Assembly: GCA_040260805.1 (NCBI GenBank)
Contig: JBDQPD010000041.1
Location: 1-26,937 of the forward strand
Direction: 5' to 3'
Length of the DNA: 26,937 bases
Source of the DNA: Myxococcota bacterium
GTDB taxonomy: Bacteria > Myxococcota > UBA4151
This document shows positions 1 through 8,022 of this stretch, in pieces. The translations under genes were made by a program, and so were the position numbers. Every line of letters begins with the position of its first letter. The first letter of the stretch is position 1. The notes beneath the pieces are model-generated. The model had not been told where the DNA came from. It did no database searches and saw only the letters and a program-made list of their open reading frames with translations.

Positions 1-783
1 CACATAGGTAAACAACAGCCCAGCGCCCAGATAGGCGAGGAGCAAAGCGGGCGCGCTCGCTGCAGCGAGTTCTAGGAACGCGTCGCCGAGGCCGGAGTCT
101 TCGTGATGGCTCAAGGAGACCATCACCACAGCGGCGGCGAGTAATGAACCGGCTAGATCGAACCATCTCGCCCGCTCAGACTGCTCAACCGGGTGAGCGC
201 GATGTACGACCACGTGCAACAAGGAGCCGGCGAGCCCAGCTTGAAACAAAGCGAGCGCCATCGGCGTGAACCGAGACAGGACCTGGTCACCAAAAGAGAA
301 CCCGACAAGAGTTCCGGCCCCCACCATCAACAGCGCGATCACCGCTTGGGGTCTTCGATCGCGCAGCAGCCACCAAACGGTTAACCCCACGGGTAATCGG
401 TGAATGAGCACCGCCCAAGCGAGCTCTTCTCCATGCGCCATGCCCTCTACCGAGGGCGCGACCAGAGCGACACCATCGACCAACGCATGCAAGACTAAAG
501 CGAGCAAACCCAGGAACATGGCGAGCCTTTGAGCCTCACCAGCACGCTCTGAAAACCGTCGCCCAAACCAGCTCGGGAGCAAAAATCCCGCCAGCAGAGC
601 CAAGGCTGCCCAGGCTCCACCATCGTGCAGCGTCTCGGGTAAGAGCGACAAACCAACCAGACCAAGGATCGAGACAAAGATGAACGCATCTAAGCCTTGC
701 CATAGACCTGATCTGCCTGCGCAGACGCGCACAGCGACTGGCCCCAGAGCGAGGGCGATGAGACTAGCGGCGAGAAGTTCCAC
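1..783 (-). CDS. Partial (3'-truncated at window edge) membrane metal transporter: ZIP-like N-terminal domain, probably followed by a permease (ArsP/DUF318-like) domain
   Basis: Not in the ORF track because it runs off the edge. Hand translation from GTG at 783 is open to position 1: MELLAASLIALALGPVAVRV...GLDAFIFVSILGLVGLSLLPE...LHALVDGVAL...AVLIHRLPVGLTVWWLL...GSLLHVVVH...FLELAAASAPALLLAYLGAGLL. It has many hydrophobic helices and ZIP-like HxxxDG and HxxP metal motifs. It starts 5 nt after the htpG stop. Confidence 0.75.
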   Translation of the reverse strand, partial: MELLAASLIALALGPVAVRVCAGRSGLWQGLDAFIFVSILGLVGLSLLPETLHDGGAWAALALLAGFLLPSWFGRRFSERAGEAQRLAMFLGLLALVLHALVDGVALVAPSVEGMAHGEELAWAVLIHRLPVGLTVWWLLRDRRPQAVIALLMVGAGTLVGFSFGDQVLSRFTPMALALFQAGLAGSLLHVVVHRAHPVEQSERARWFDLAGSLLAAAVVMVSLSHHEDSGLGDAFLELAAASAPALLLAYLGAGLLFTYV

Positions 784-788
784 GCGGC

Positions 789-2696
789 CTAAGTCATCTC
801 AGCATCGGTCGCTTGTTTCAACAAACGGCTCATCCTTTGGGCGAAGGCAGATGGATCCTGAATCGTCGAACCCTCTGTCAGAAGGGCTTGGTCGTAGAGC
901 AGCTCTACCCAATCCTCGAGACCAGCAGGCGCTTTGTCTCGCTCGGCGAGGCTCTGTAAGTTCGCGATCGTCGGATGCGTAGGATTGATCTCAAAGATCC
1001 GCTTGGCGTTGGGTACATCCTGCCCGTGGGTCTTGAGCAGACGCTCCATCCTTGCGTTGACCGAGCCCTCCGGCACGACCAAACATACAGGCGAATCTGT
1101 CAACCGGTCACTGACTCGAACCGAGCCAATGCGATCACCCAATACGGTCGTAATCCGGCTCTGTAGAGCTTCGAAAGCCTTGCTTTGCTCTTCGCGAAGC
1201 GCTTCGCCTTCTTCATCGAGTTTCAACTCGCCAGCGCTCGCATTGCGCAGCGTTTTGCCCTTGTATTCGGTCAAGCTGTCCACGACCCACTCATCGATCG
1301 GATCGGTCAGCAAAAGGACCTCATGACCTGCGGAGATTAGACCTTCTACATGGGGGCTCGAAGCTAACGCTGCCGCCGATTCACCGGTGATATAATAGAT
1401 GGTGTCTTGCCCCTCGACCATGCGCTCCACATAGGCGTCAAGATCCGTGGTTTCATCACCATGCGTCGTTGAAAATAAGGCTAAGCCTGCGATCCGCTCA
1501 CGATGCTTCCAGCTGTGGTGGATCCCCTCTTTGACCATGGTCCCGCAGGATGCCCAAAACGCAGCATAATCCTCCGGGTTGTCGCTCTTTTGTTTGGCTA
1601 AAAGGTCGAGAGACTTCTTCTCAACTTGACCCTTGATTGCGCGGACAACAGCGCTGTCTTGAAGGAGCTCGCGGCTGACGTTCAACGGCAGGTCATCACT
1701 TTCGATCACGCCGGAGACAAAACGCAACCATGAGGGCACCAGCGCATCCACCTCGTCCATGATGAAGACGCGTTTGACGTACAAGCGCACGCGGCTCTGC
1801 TGCTGTACAAACTGCATCCCGTCCGGTGCTCGCTTGGGCAGATAGATCAAGCCGGTGAACTGCTGTGAGCCCTCGACCTGAAAGTGAGTCCAACCCATCG
1901 CTTCGCCAGCCATCGGGTCCAAGTGACCGAAGAAGGCTTGGTACTCCTCATCCTCAATCTCTGACTTGTTTCGGCGCCAGATCGCTTCGGCTTCGTTGAT
2001 GCGTGACCAGGTCGCTTCGCCACCCTCTTCTTCAGCGGCTTGCTGCATCAAGATCGGGAACGGAACGAACTCGGAGTAATTCTTCACCAGCTGGCGGAGC
2101 GTCCATTCGTTGAGGTAACTGTCCATCTCCTCTTTGAGGTGAAGTACAATTGCGGTGCCGCGGGCGGTGACGTCTTTGAGCGGCGTGACGGTCCAGGTCT
2201 CATCGGCCGATGAGCTCCACATCCAGCTCTCATCACTCGATGCCGATCGGCTGATCACGTCCACTTGATCAGCCACCAAGAACGCCGAGTAAAACCCGAC
2301 GCCAAACTGTCCGATCAATTCCGCTTTTTGATCGTCGTCGCCGGCCGAACCCAGACGCTCCAAAAATGCCTTGGTTCCCGAGTGAGCGATGGTTCCGAGT
2401 TGTTCAATCAACTCGTCTTTACTCATCCCAATACCGGTGTCGGTGATCGTCAGCGTACGGGCTTCAAGGTCTGCGTCGAGTCGAACCTCTAGGCGCTCGT
2501 CATCGCCCATCAAGCCAGCTTCGGTCAGCGACCGAAAGCGAAGCTTCTCCAAGGCATCCGATGCGTTGGAGAGCAGCTCTCGCATAAAGATCTCTTTGTT
2601 CGAATAAAGACTGTTGATCACCAGGCGCAGAACCTGACTCACCTCAGCTTGAAACTTTCCAGTGCGCTTGCGGCGCGTCGTAGCTTGATTCGACAT
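789..2696 (-). CDS. htpG: Molecular chaperone HtpG (Hsp90)
   Basis: Hsp90 motifs FQAEV, SLYSNKEIFMRELLSNASDALEKLR, DTGIGM, LGTIAHSGT, IGQFGVGFYSAF, DLPLNVSRELLQ, FEINPTHP. RBS AAGGAG upstream. Confidence 0.98.
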   Translation of the reverse strand: MSNQATTRRKRTGKFQAEVSQVLRLVINSLYSNKEIFMRELLSNASDALEKLRFRSLTEAGLMGDDERLEVRLDADLEARTLTITDTGIGMSKDELIEQLGTIAHSGTKAFLERLGSAGDDDQKAELIGQFGVGFYSAFLVADQVDVISRSASSDESWMWSSSADETWTVTPLKDVTARGTAIVLHLKEEMDSYLNEWTLRQLVKNYSEFVPFPILMQQAAEEEGGEATWSRINEAEAIWRRNKSEIEDEEYQAFFGHLDPMAGEAMGWTHFQVEGSQQFTGLIYLPKRAPDGMQFVQQQSRVRLYVKRVFIMDEVDALVPSWLRFVSGVIESDDLPLNVSRELLQDSAVVRAIKGQVEKKSLDLLAKQKSDNPEDYAAFWASCGTMVKEGIHHSWKHRERIAGLALFSTTHGDETTDLDAYVERMVEGQDTIYYITGESAAALASSPHVEGLISAGHEVLLLTDPIDEWVVDSLTEYKGKTLRNASAGELKLDEEGEALREEQSKAFEALQSRITTVLGDRIGSVRVSDRLTDSPVCLVVPEGSVNARMERLLKTHGQDVPNAKRIFEINPTHPTIANLQSLAERDKAPAGLEDWVELLYDQALLTEGSTIQDPSAFAQRMSRLLKQATDAEMT

Positions 2697-2899
2697 ATCG
2701 TCTCCTTATCCCCTTCAAGAAAGGCGGCCAGAGCGTATCCGCCAGGGTTTAATTGATTTCTTTTCACTAACTGCGGCGGTGGCGGCCAGCGCGAAACGCC
2801 ATGGAGCGCGCTGATCCTGCAACGAGGCCTTGCCAATCTCGCCACACAAGCCGGCCGCAACGAGTTGCGTCGGCGCTGAACAGGCCGCACACTGCGGGC

Positions 2900-3226
2900 A
2901 TGGTCAACTCGACACTTGGCACCACCGCTCTGAGCGGCCTGCGCGCAGCGGGTCAGGTGATGCGTAACAGCGCGCATCAAGTCGCTAACGTGAGCACAGA
3001 TGGGTTTGAAGCCGGCTCGACGACGCTGAGCGATGCGGCGCCTGGCGTCCGCGCTCAGGAGCAACCTGGTGGTCGAGTTCAAGCCAAGAAAGAACACCAC
3101 TCGGACGTCAGCCTGGCGCATGAGACCGTCGCTCAAATCACGGCTCAAACGATGTACAGTGCCAATCTAGCGAGCATCAAAACAGAGGATGAAGTGCTCG
3201 GTACGGTGATTGACCTGACCCGCTAG
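2900..3226 (+). CDS. Short flagellar basal-body rod/hook-like protein (N- and C-terminal rod domains only, 108 aa)
   Basis: N-terminal ALSGLRAA...SAHQVANVSTDGF matches the rod motif SGL...N(N)IANxxTxGF. C-terminal VSLAHETVAQITAQTMYSANLASIKTEDEVLGTVIDL matches Flg_bbr_C. ATG 2900 preferred over 2801 because the recognisable motif begins there. Confidence 0.8.
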   Translation: MVNSTLGTTALSGLRAAGQVMRNSAHQVANVSTDGFEAGSTTLSDAAPGVRAQEQPGGRVQAKKEHHSDVSLAHETVAQITAQTMYSANLASIKTEDEVLGTVIDLTR

Positions 3227-4218
3227 CTATCCTCAGCAAGCACCCAGGCAAAGATCAAAGGGGCGACGATCGTTGCGTCGCTCTCGATCACAAACCGCGG
3301 CGTCTCGGGTGCCAGCTTGCCCCACGTAATTTTCTCATTAGGGACGGCGCCTGAATACGAGCCGTAAGAGGTTGTCGAATCGGAAATCTGGCAAAAGTAC
3401 GCCCACAAGGGTTGATCGCGCTCATCAAGGTCTTGGTGCAAAAGCGGCACCACACAGATCGGGAAATCTCCTGCGATTCCTCCGCCGATCTGAAAGAATC
3501 CAACCTGCCGACCCTCGAGAGTAGCTTGCCGATACCAATCGATAAGCGCAGCCATCGCTTCGAGCCCACCTTTAACAGCCGAGAGCCCTTTCAAATCGCC
3601 AGCCAGATGACGAGCCACGAACATGTTCCCTAGGGTCGAGTCTTCCCAGCCTGGAGTAAAAATCGGCAAGTCCGCTTCAGCGGCGGCCAGTAGCCAAGAG
3701 TCGCTTGGGTCCATTTTCGGGCTGAACTCGACACGCTTATTGAGCAGCAAATCGTACATGAACTGGTGCGGAAAGGCAGCGGCTCCCGACACCTCAGCAG
3801 CTTGCCAACCTTTAAGGACAGCACCTTCCACCACCCGCATCGCCTCATCCTCTGGGATGCAGGTGTCGGTGACTCGATTGAGCTTCCGGGCGAGCAGGTC
3901 TGCCTCGTCCTCCGGCGTGAGGTCTCGATAGTTGGGTAATCGGACATAGTGATGGTGGGCGACGAGGTTAAACAAATCCTCCTCTAAGTTGGCTCCTGTG
4001 CAGGTGATCGCTTGAACTTTTCCGGCGCGAATCATCTGCGCCAACGAGCGCCCTAATTCAGCCGTGCTCATGGCACCCGCTAAGGTCACCATCATCGCAT
4101 CACCTCGTGCGCTCAGCTCAGCCCAGCCTCTGGCCGCATCCACCGTCGCCGCCGCATTAAAGTGGCGGAAATGTTCCGCCATAAAACGACGCACGGCAGC
4201 GAGATCTCCAGATTTCAT
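3223..4218 (-). CDS. Deoxyhypusine synthase family protein (bacterial DHS-like, probably polyamine/homospermidine metabolism)
   Basis: Motifs TLAGAMSTAELG, ITCTGANLEED, NRVTDTCIPE, IGGGIAGDFPICV, SYSGAVPNEKITWGKL (catalytic Lys region kept). ATG 4218 has RBS GGGAG; the track start is TTG 4242. Confidence 0.9.
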   Translation of the reverse strand: MKSGDLAAVRRFMAEHFRHFNAAATVDAARGWAELSARGDAMMVTLAGAMSTAELGRSLAQMIRAGKVQAITCTGANLEEDLFNLVAHHHYVRLPNYRDLTPEDEADLLARKLNRVTDTCIPEDEAMRVVEGAVLKGWQAAEVSGAAAFPHQFMYDLLLNKRVEFSPKMDPSDSWLLAAAEADLPIFTPGWEDSTLGNMFVARHLAGDLKGLSAVKGGLEAMAALIDWYRQATLEGRQVGFFQIGGGIAGDFPICVVPLLHQDLDERDQPLWAYFCQISDSTTSYGSYSGAVPNEKITWGKLAPETPRFVIESDATIVAPLIFAWVLAEDS

Positions 4219-4423
4219 CGACAAGCTCCCATGCAGGTTCAAGCGATGCTGGCGCTAACAAGGGCATGTGAGTCGATCAAGCCCAGCGCCAAATCGACTC
4301 GAACCCTTGATAAATACCGTGTCATCGCTTTGCATTTCGAGGCACTGGCCGCTAGACGCTAGAGCGAACCCCGAAGGGCTTTGACGACGTCACAGCCTCA
4401 ATAGATCGTATTTGGAGGGATTG

Positions 4424-6727
4424 ATGCGCGTCATCCGACCCTTGAGTCTGTTGGTGATGGTGAGCCTTGGCTGTGCCGAGGACAAGGCACCCGAGCCTGT
4501 GATCTCACCTCAAAACTTGTGCGTCGATGACGCAACGTTTTTTGCTCAAACTGTCTGGCCTCAGGTCCTACAGAGCAAATGCCTAGGCTGTCACAACGCT
4601 CAAGGGATCGCCCGTGAGACCGAGTTCGTCATGATGCCCTCAGCCCAGCCCGGCTACATGGAGGCGAACCAAGAGGTCCTGAGCTATTTGGCGAGCCTTG
4701 AGCGCGACGACACCTCGTTCATTTTGCTCAAGCCGACTGAAGCGATCCCGCATGGTGGAGGCTCGGTGCTAGCAGAGGACAGCGTCGAGTATGCGACGTT
4801 GGCAGAGTTCGCAGCGAGAGTTCGAGAGCCCGTCGCGTGTGATGTGGAACCAACGAGTGCCGAAGACCCCTTTGAAGGTGTGTCGATGATGAGCTTTCCT
4901 CGGACCTTGCGCCGAGCGGCGTTGAGCCTTGGAGGAAGGCTTCCAACAGCGGACGAATATGCGACCGTGGACCGACTCGGGGCGACCGGTGTCGAGATGG
5001 TGCTGATGAATCTCATGAAAGAGCGAGGCTTCTCTGAGCGCCTCAAAGAGATGTTCAATGATGTCTTGCTGACAGACCGCTTCTTGGGTGGCAACGATAT
5101 GCTCGAGCGACTCGATGGTAACCGGTACCCAGCTTACTGGTATGAGAGCACCCCGCTCGACCTCGAAACTGAGGAAGAGCAGGAACGACTCCGGCGTCGG
5201 TTCCGACAGTACTCAAACGTAGGCGCCGCACGAGCCGCCCTTGAGCTGGTCGCCTTCGTGGTGGCTGAAGACCGACCCTTCTCCGAAATCCTGACCGCCG
5301 ACTACATGATGGTGAACCCCTATTCGGCGAGATCGTATGGCGTGGACACAGAACAAGGAGCGTTCCCGGATGGTGCTGACTACAACGACTTTGACCACCA
5401 GAACTATTTCCCGGTGTCGCTGCCAGAGGTTCCAAGCTCGGGTATCCTGACCACGACGGCTTGGCTCAACCGGTTCCCGACGACCGATACCAATCGCAAC
5501 CGCCATCGTGCGTGGATGTTCATGCGGCGGTTCCTCGCGACTGATATCCTCAGACTCGCCGATCGACCTGTTGATCCGACAGGCTCACAGATCTTCAACC
5601 CGACGATGAATGACCCGCAGTGTACGGTGTGTCACACGACCCTCGATCCAGTCGCTGGAGCGTTCCAGAACTGGGACCACAATGGCAGATATCGCCCTCG
5701 TGAGAACGGCTGGTATGGAGAGATGGTCCCTCCAGCTTTTGAAGAGGAAGCGATCCCCTCGAACGAATGGGGTTCGGCGCTTCCTTGGTTTGCGCAACGT
5801 ACCGTCACCGACCCTCGATTCCCGCTGGCGATCACGCATTTGATGTTCGAGCTGCTAATCGGCGAGGAGCTGCTGATCCCGCCGCCGGATCCGAACGCGC
5901 CAGGCGCTGCGTTGCAGCAAGCCCAGTTCGATCTTCAGACAAAGATCCTTGATGGAGTTCAGCAGCAGTTCGTCACATCGAATATGAACCTCAAGACCCT
6001 GTTGGCGAAACTGATCCTGACCCCCTACTTCAGAGGTGAAGCGGTCGATCCAGAGGTCGCCTCGGAAGCAGCAGCGGGACTCGCTGGCAGTCCAAAACTC
6101 TTGTCGCCGGAGAGTCTGGATCGCAAACTCAAGGCGGTGACAGGTTTCTCCTGGCAGCCCCGCCTCGCCGGCAGCAATCAGCTGCTGCGAGACTACAAGC
6201 TACTCTATGGAGGGATTGACTCGGACGGCGTGACCAAACGACTCACCAAACCCAACGGTTTGATGGCGAATATTGGTCTGCGCATGGCGAATGAAGTCTC
6301 GTGCTGGGTCACCGCCAAGGACTTTACCTTGGACCAAGGGCAGCGACGACTCTACCCCCATGTAGAGAGAACCTACGAGCCAGAGACAGCTGATGGGTTC
6401 CCCATTCCAGGGGCTCAGCAAAAGATCCGCGAAAACATCCGCTATCTCTTTCGGCGAGTGCTCGACGAGGAGCACCGGCTCGATAGCGCAGAGGTTGATC
6501 GGGTGTACGCCATCTTCCACGACACCTGGCGAGAAGGTAAAGACATGCTCGAGCGCAACGAGGTCGTGCCTCACCTGCATTACTACTGCCGCGCGGAGAG
6601 AGACTACTTCACTTGGGATGCTCTGCCGGCTGAGCGACGCATCACCTACGATCGAAACTACATCTTGCGGTCTTGGATGGCGGTCTTGACCTACATGCTC
6701 GCCGACTACCGCTTTTTACACGAATAA
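4424..6727 (+). CDS. Lipoprotein with two CXXCH heme-binding motifs; planctomycete-cytochrome-like (DUF1588/PSCyt-type) protein
   Basis: RBS GGAGG (4414-4418) before ATG 4424. Lipobox VSLG-C. CLGCH and CTVCH motifs. LRRAALSLGGRLPT and GILTT...RFPTTDTNRNRHRA segments resemble this family. Directly followed by a DUF1501 gene. Confidence 0.7.
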   Translation: MRVIRPLSLLVMVSLGCAEDKAPEPVISPQNLCVDDATFFAQTVWPQVLQSKCLGCHNAQGIARETEFVMMPSAQPGYMEANQEVLSYLASLERDDTSFILLKPTEAIPHGGGSVLAEDSVEYATLAEFAARVREPVACDVEPTSAEDPFEGVSMMSFPRTLRRAALSLGGRLPTADEYATVDRLGATGVEMVLMNLMKERGFSERLKEMFNDVLLTDRFLGGNDMLERLDGNRYPAYWYESTPLDLETEEEQERLRRRFRQYSNVGAARAALELVAFVVAEDRPFSEILTADYMMVNPYSARSYGVDTEQGAFPDGADYNDFDHQNYFPVSLPEVPSSGILTTTAWLNRFPTTDTNRNRHRAWMFMRRFLATDILRLADRPVDPTGSQIFNPTMNDPQCTVCHTTLDPVAGAFQNWDHNGRYRPRENGWYGEMVPPAFEEEAIPSNEWGSALPWFAQRTVTDPRFPLAITHLMFELLIGEELLIPPPDPNAPGAALQQAQFDLQTKILDGVQQQFVTSNMNLKTLLAKLILTPYFRGEAVDPEVASEAAAGLAGSPKLLSPESLDRKLKAVTGFSWQPRLAGSNQLLRDYKLLYGGIDSDGVTKRLTKPNGLMANIGLRMANEVSCWVTAKDFTLDQGQRRLYPHVERTYEPETADGFPIPGAQQKIRENIRYLFRRVLDEEHRLDSAEVDRVYAIFHDTWREGKDMLERNEVVPHLHYYCRAERDYFTWDALPAERRITYDRNYILRSWMAVLTYMLADYRFLHE

Positions 6728-6738
6728 GGAGGCTGCCC

Positions 6739-8013
6739 ATGGATCGTCGTGACTTCATGAAACTCGCCTCGCTAGCAGGCGTATCGCTCGCTACTCCCTT
6801 GGGGTTAGGCCGCGCCTTCGCGTCAGACCCTACCCTGGCGAACACCCCCTATGATGGATTGTTCTTTGTGACCATCCACGCAGGCGGAGGATGGGATCCA
6901 ACCTCCCTGTGCGACCCCAAAGGGCGGGCAAACGAGACCAGCACCGACCCGATGAATATGTATTTCACCGGGGACATTCGGACAGCGGGTAATATCCAAT
7001 ATGCGCCGGTCGACCGGTTCACACCCATCTTTGAAAAATACCACCGACGCTTGGTGGTCTTCAACGGAATCGATACCTCGACAAACGGTCACATGAGCGG
7101 AACGCGCCACATCTGGAGCGGCAACCTAGCGGAAGGAACGCCCAGTTTGTCGGCGCTCTTTGCGGGCGCCGTCGCAGCAGGTCGACCGCTGACGTTTATC
7201 TCAAACGGGGGCTACGATTACACAGCCGACGTGGTCGCTAGGACGCGCATCAGCAATGTGGGAGCGCTCGCTCGAATCGCATTTCCGAACCGTGTCGATC
7301 CGAACGATGCGAGCGCAATGTTTCACAGCCAAGCGACGATGGACCGAATCCAGTCAGCCCGTAAGGCGCGACGAGACGAGGCATTTGAGCATGCGACGCT
7401 GCCGAAAGAGAAGAAAGCTCGATCGACGCTCTTTCTAGCCCGTCAAGGAGAGAACGAGCTGCGTCAGCTGACTGCGTTCTTACCTGAGGACTTTGACAAC
7501 TCGGGGAACCCGCTCAAGAGGCAAGCTCAACTTGCGGTGGCTAGCTACAAAGCGGGTCTTACTGCGAGCGCAAGCCTGACCCATGGCGGGTTTGATACGC
7601 ACGGCAATCACGACGCCACGCACATCCCCCGATTGGCAAACGTCCTCGAGGGGCTTGATTTCCTCGTTGAAGAAGCGGAGCGCCAAGGGGTCGCAGACAA
7701 ACTCGTCGTCCTGGTCGGCTCAGATTTCGGCCGAACGCCAGGCTATAATATGAACAACGGGAAAGACCACTGGTCGATTACCAGCTTGATGATGATGGCA
7801 CCTGGAATTACGGGAAATCGAGTGATTGGGAGCAGCGACGAGAGGCACCGCGGCCACTCGATTGATCCTCAAACGCTGGCTCGGAAAGATGACGGGGTTC
7901 GGCTGACGCCAGGCGCTATTCACCAAGCGCTGCGTAGCTATCTTGGAATTGCCGATCATCCGGTAGTGACCCCCTTCCATATCGGCGAACAAAGCCTGCC
8001 ATTCTTCGGCTAA
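6739..8013 (+). CDS. Tat-exported DUF1501 domain protein
   Basis: RBS AGGAGG (6727-6732). Twin-arginine signal MDRRDFMKLA. Motifs GGWDPT..CDPK, GGFDTHGNH, GSDFGRTP, GKDHW typical of DUF1501. Confidence 0.88.
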   Translation: MDRRDFMKLASLAGVSLATPLGLGRAFASDPTLANTPYDGLFFVTIHAGGGWDPTSLCDPKGRANETSTDPMNMYFTGDIRTAGNIQYAPVDRFTPIFEKYHRRLVVFNGIDTSTNGHMSGTRHIWSGNLAEGTPSLSALFAGAVAAGRPLTFISNGGYDYTADVVARTRISNVGALARIAFPNRVDPNDASAMFHSQATMDRIQSARKARRDEAFEHATLPKEKKARSTLFLARQGENELRQLTAFLPEDFDNSGNPLKRQAQLAVASYKAGLTASASLTHGGFDTHGNHDATHIPRLANVLEGLDFLVEEAERQGVADKLVVLVGSDFGRTPGYNMNNGKDHWSITSLMMMAPGITGNRVIGSSDERHRGHSIDPQTLARKDDGVRLTPGAIHQALRSYLGIADHPVVTPFHIGEQSLPFFG

Positions 8014-8022
8014 GGACTTTCC

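Noticed and set aside
2697..2899. Heat-shock regulatory sites upstream of htpG (CIRCE, sigma-32, or the sigma-54-like TGGCAAGGCCTCGTTGCA on the minus strand)
   Set aside because: No TTAGCACTC-N9-GAGTGCTAA and no CCCCAT -10 box. The sigma-54-like element has 12 nt rather than 10 nt between GG and GC.
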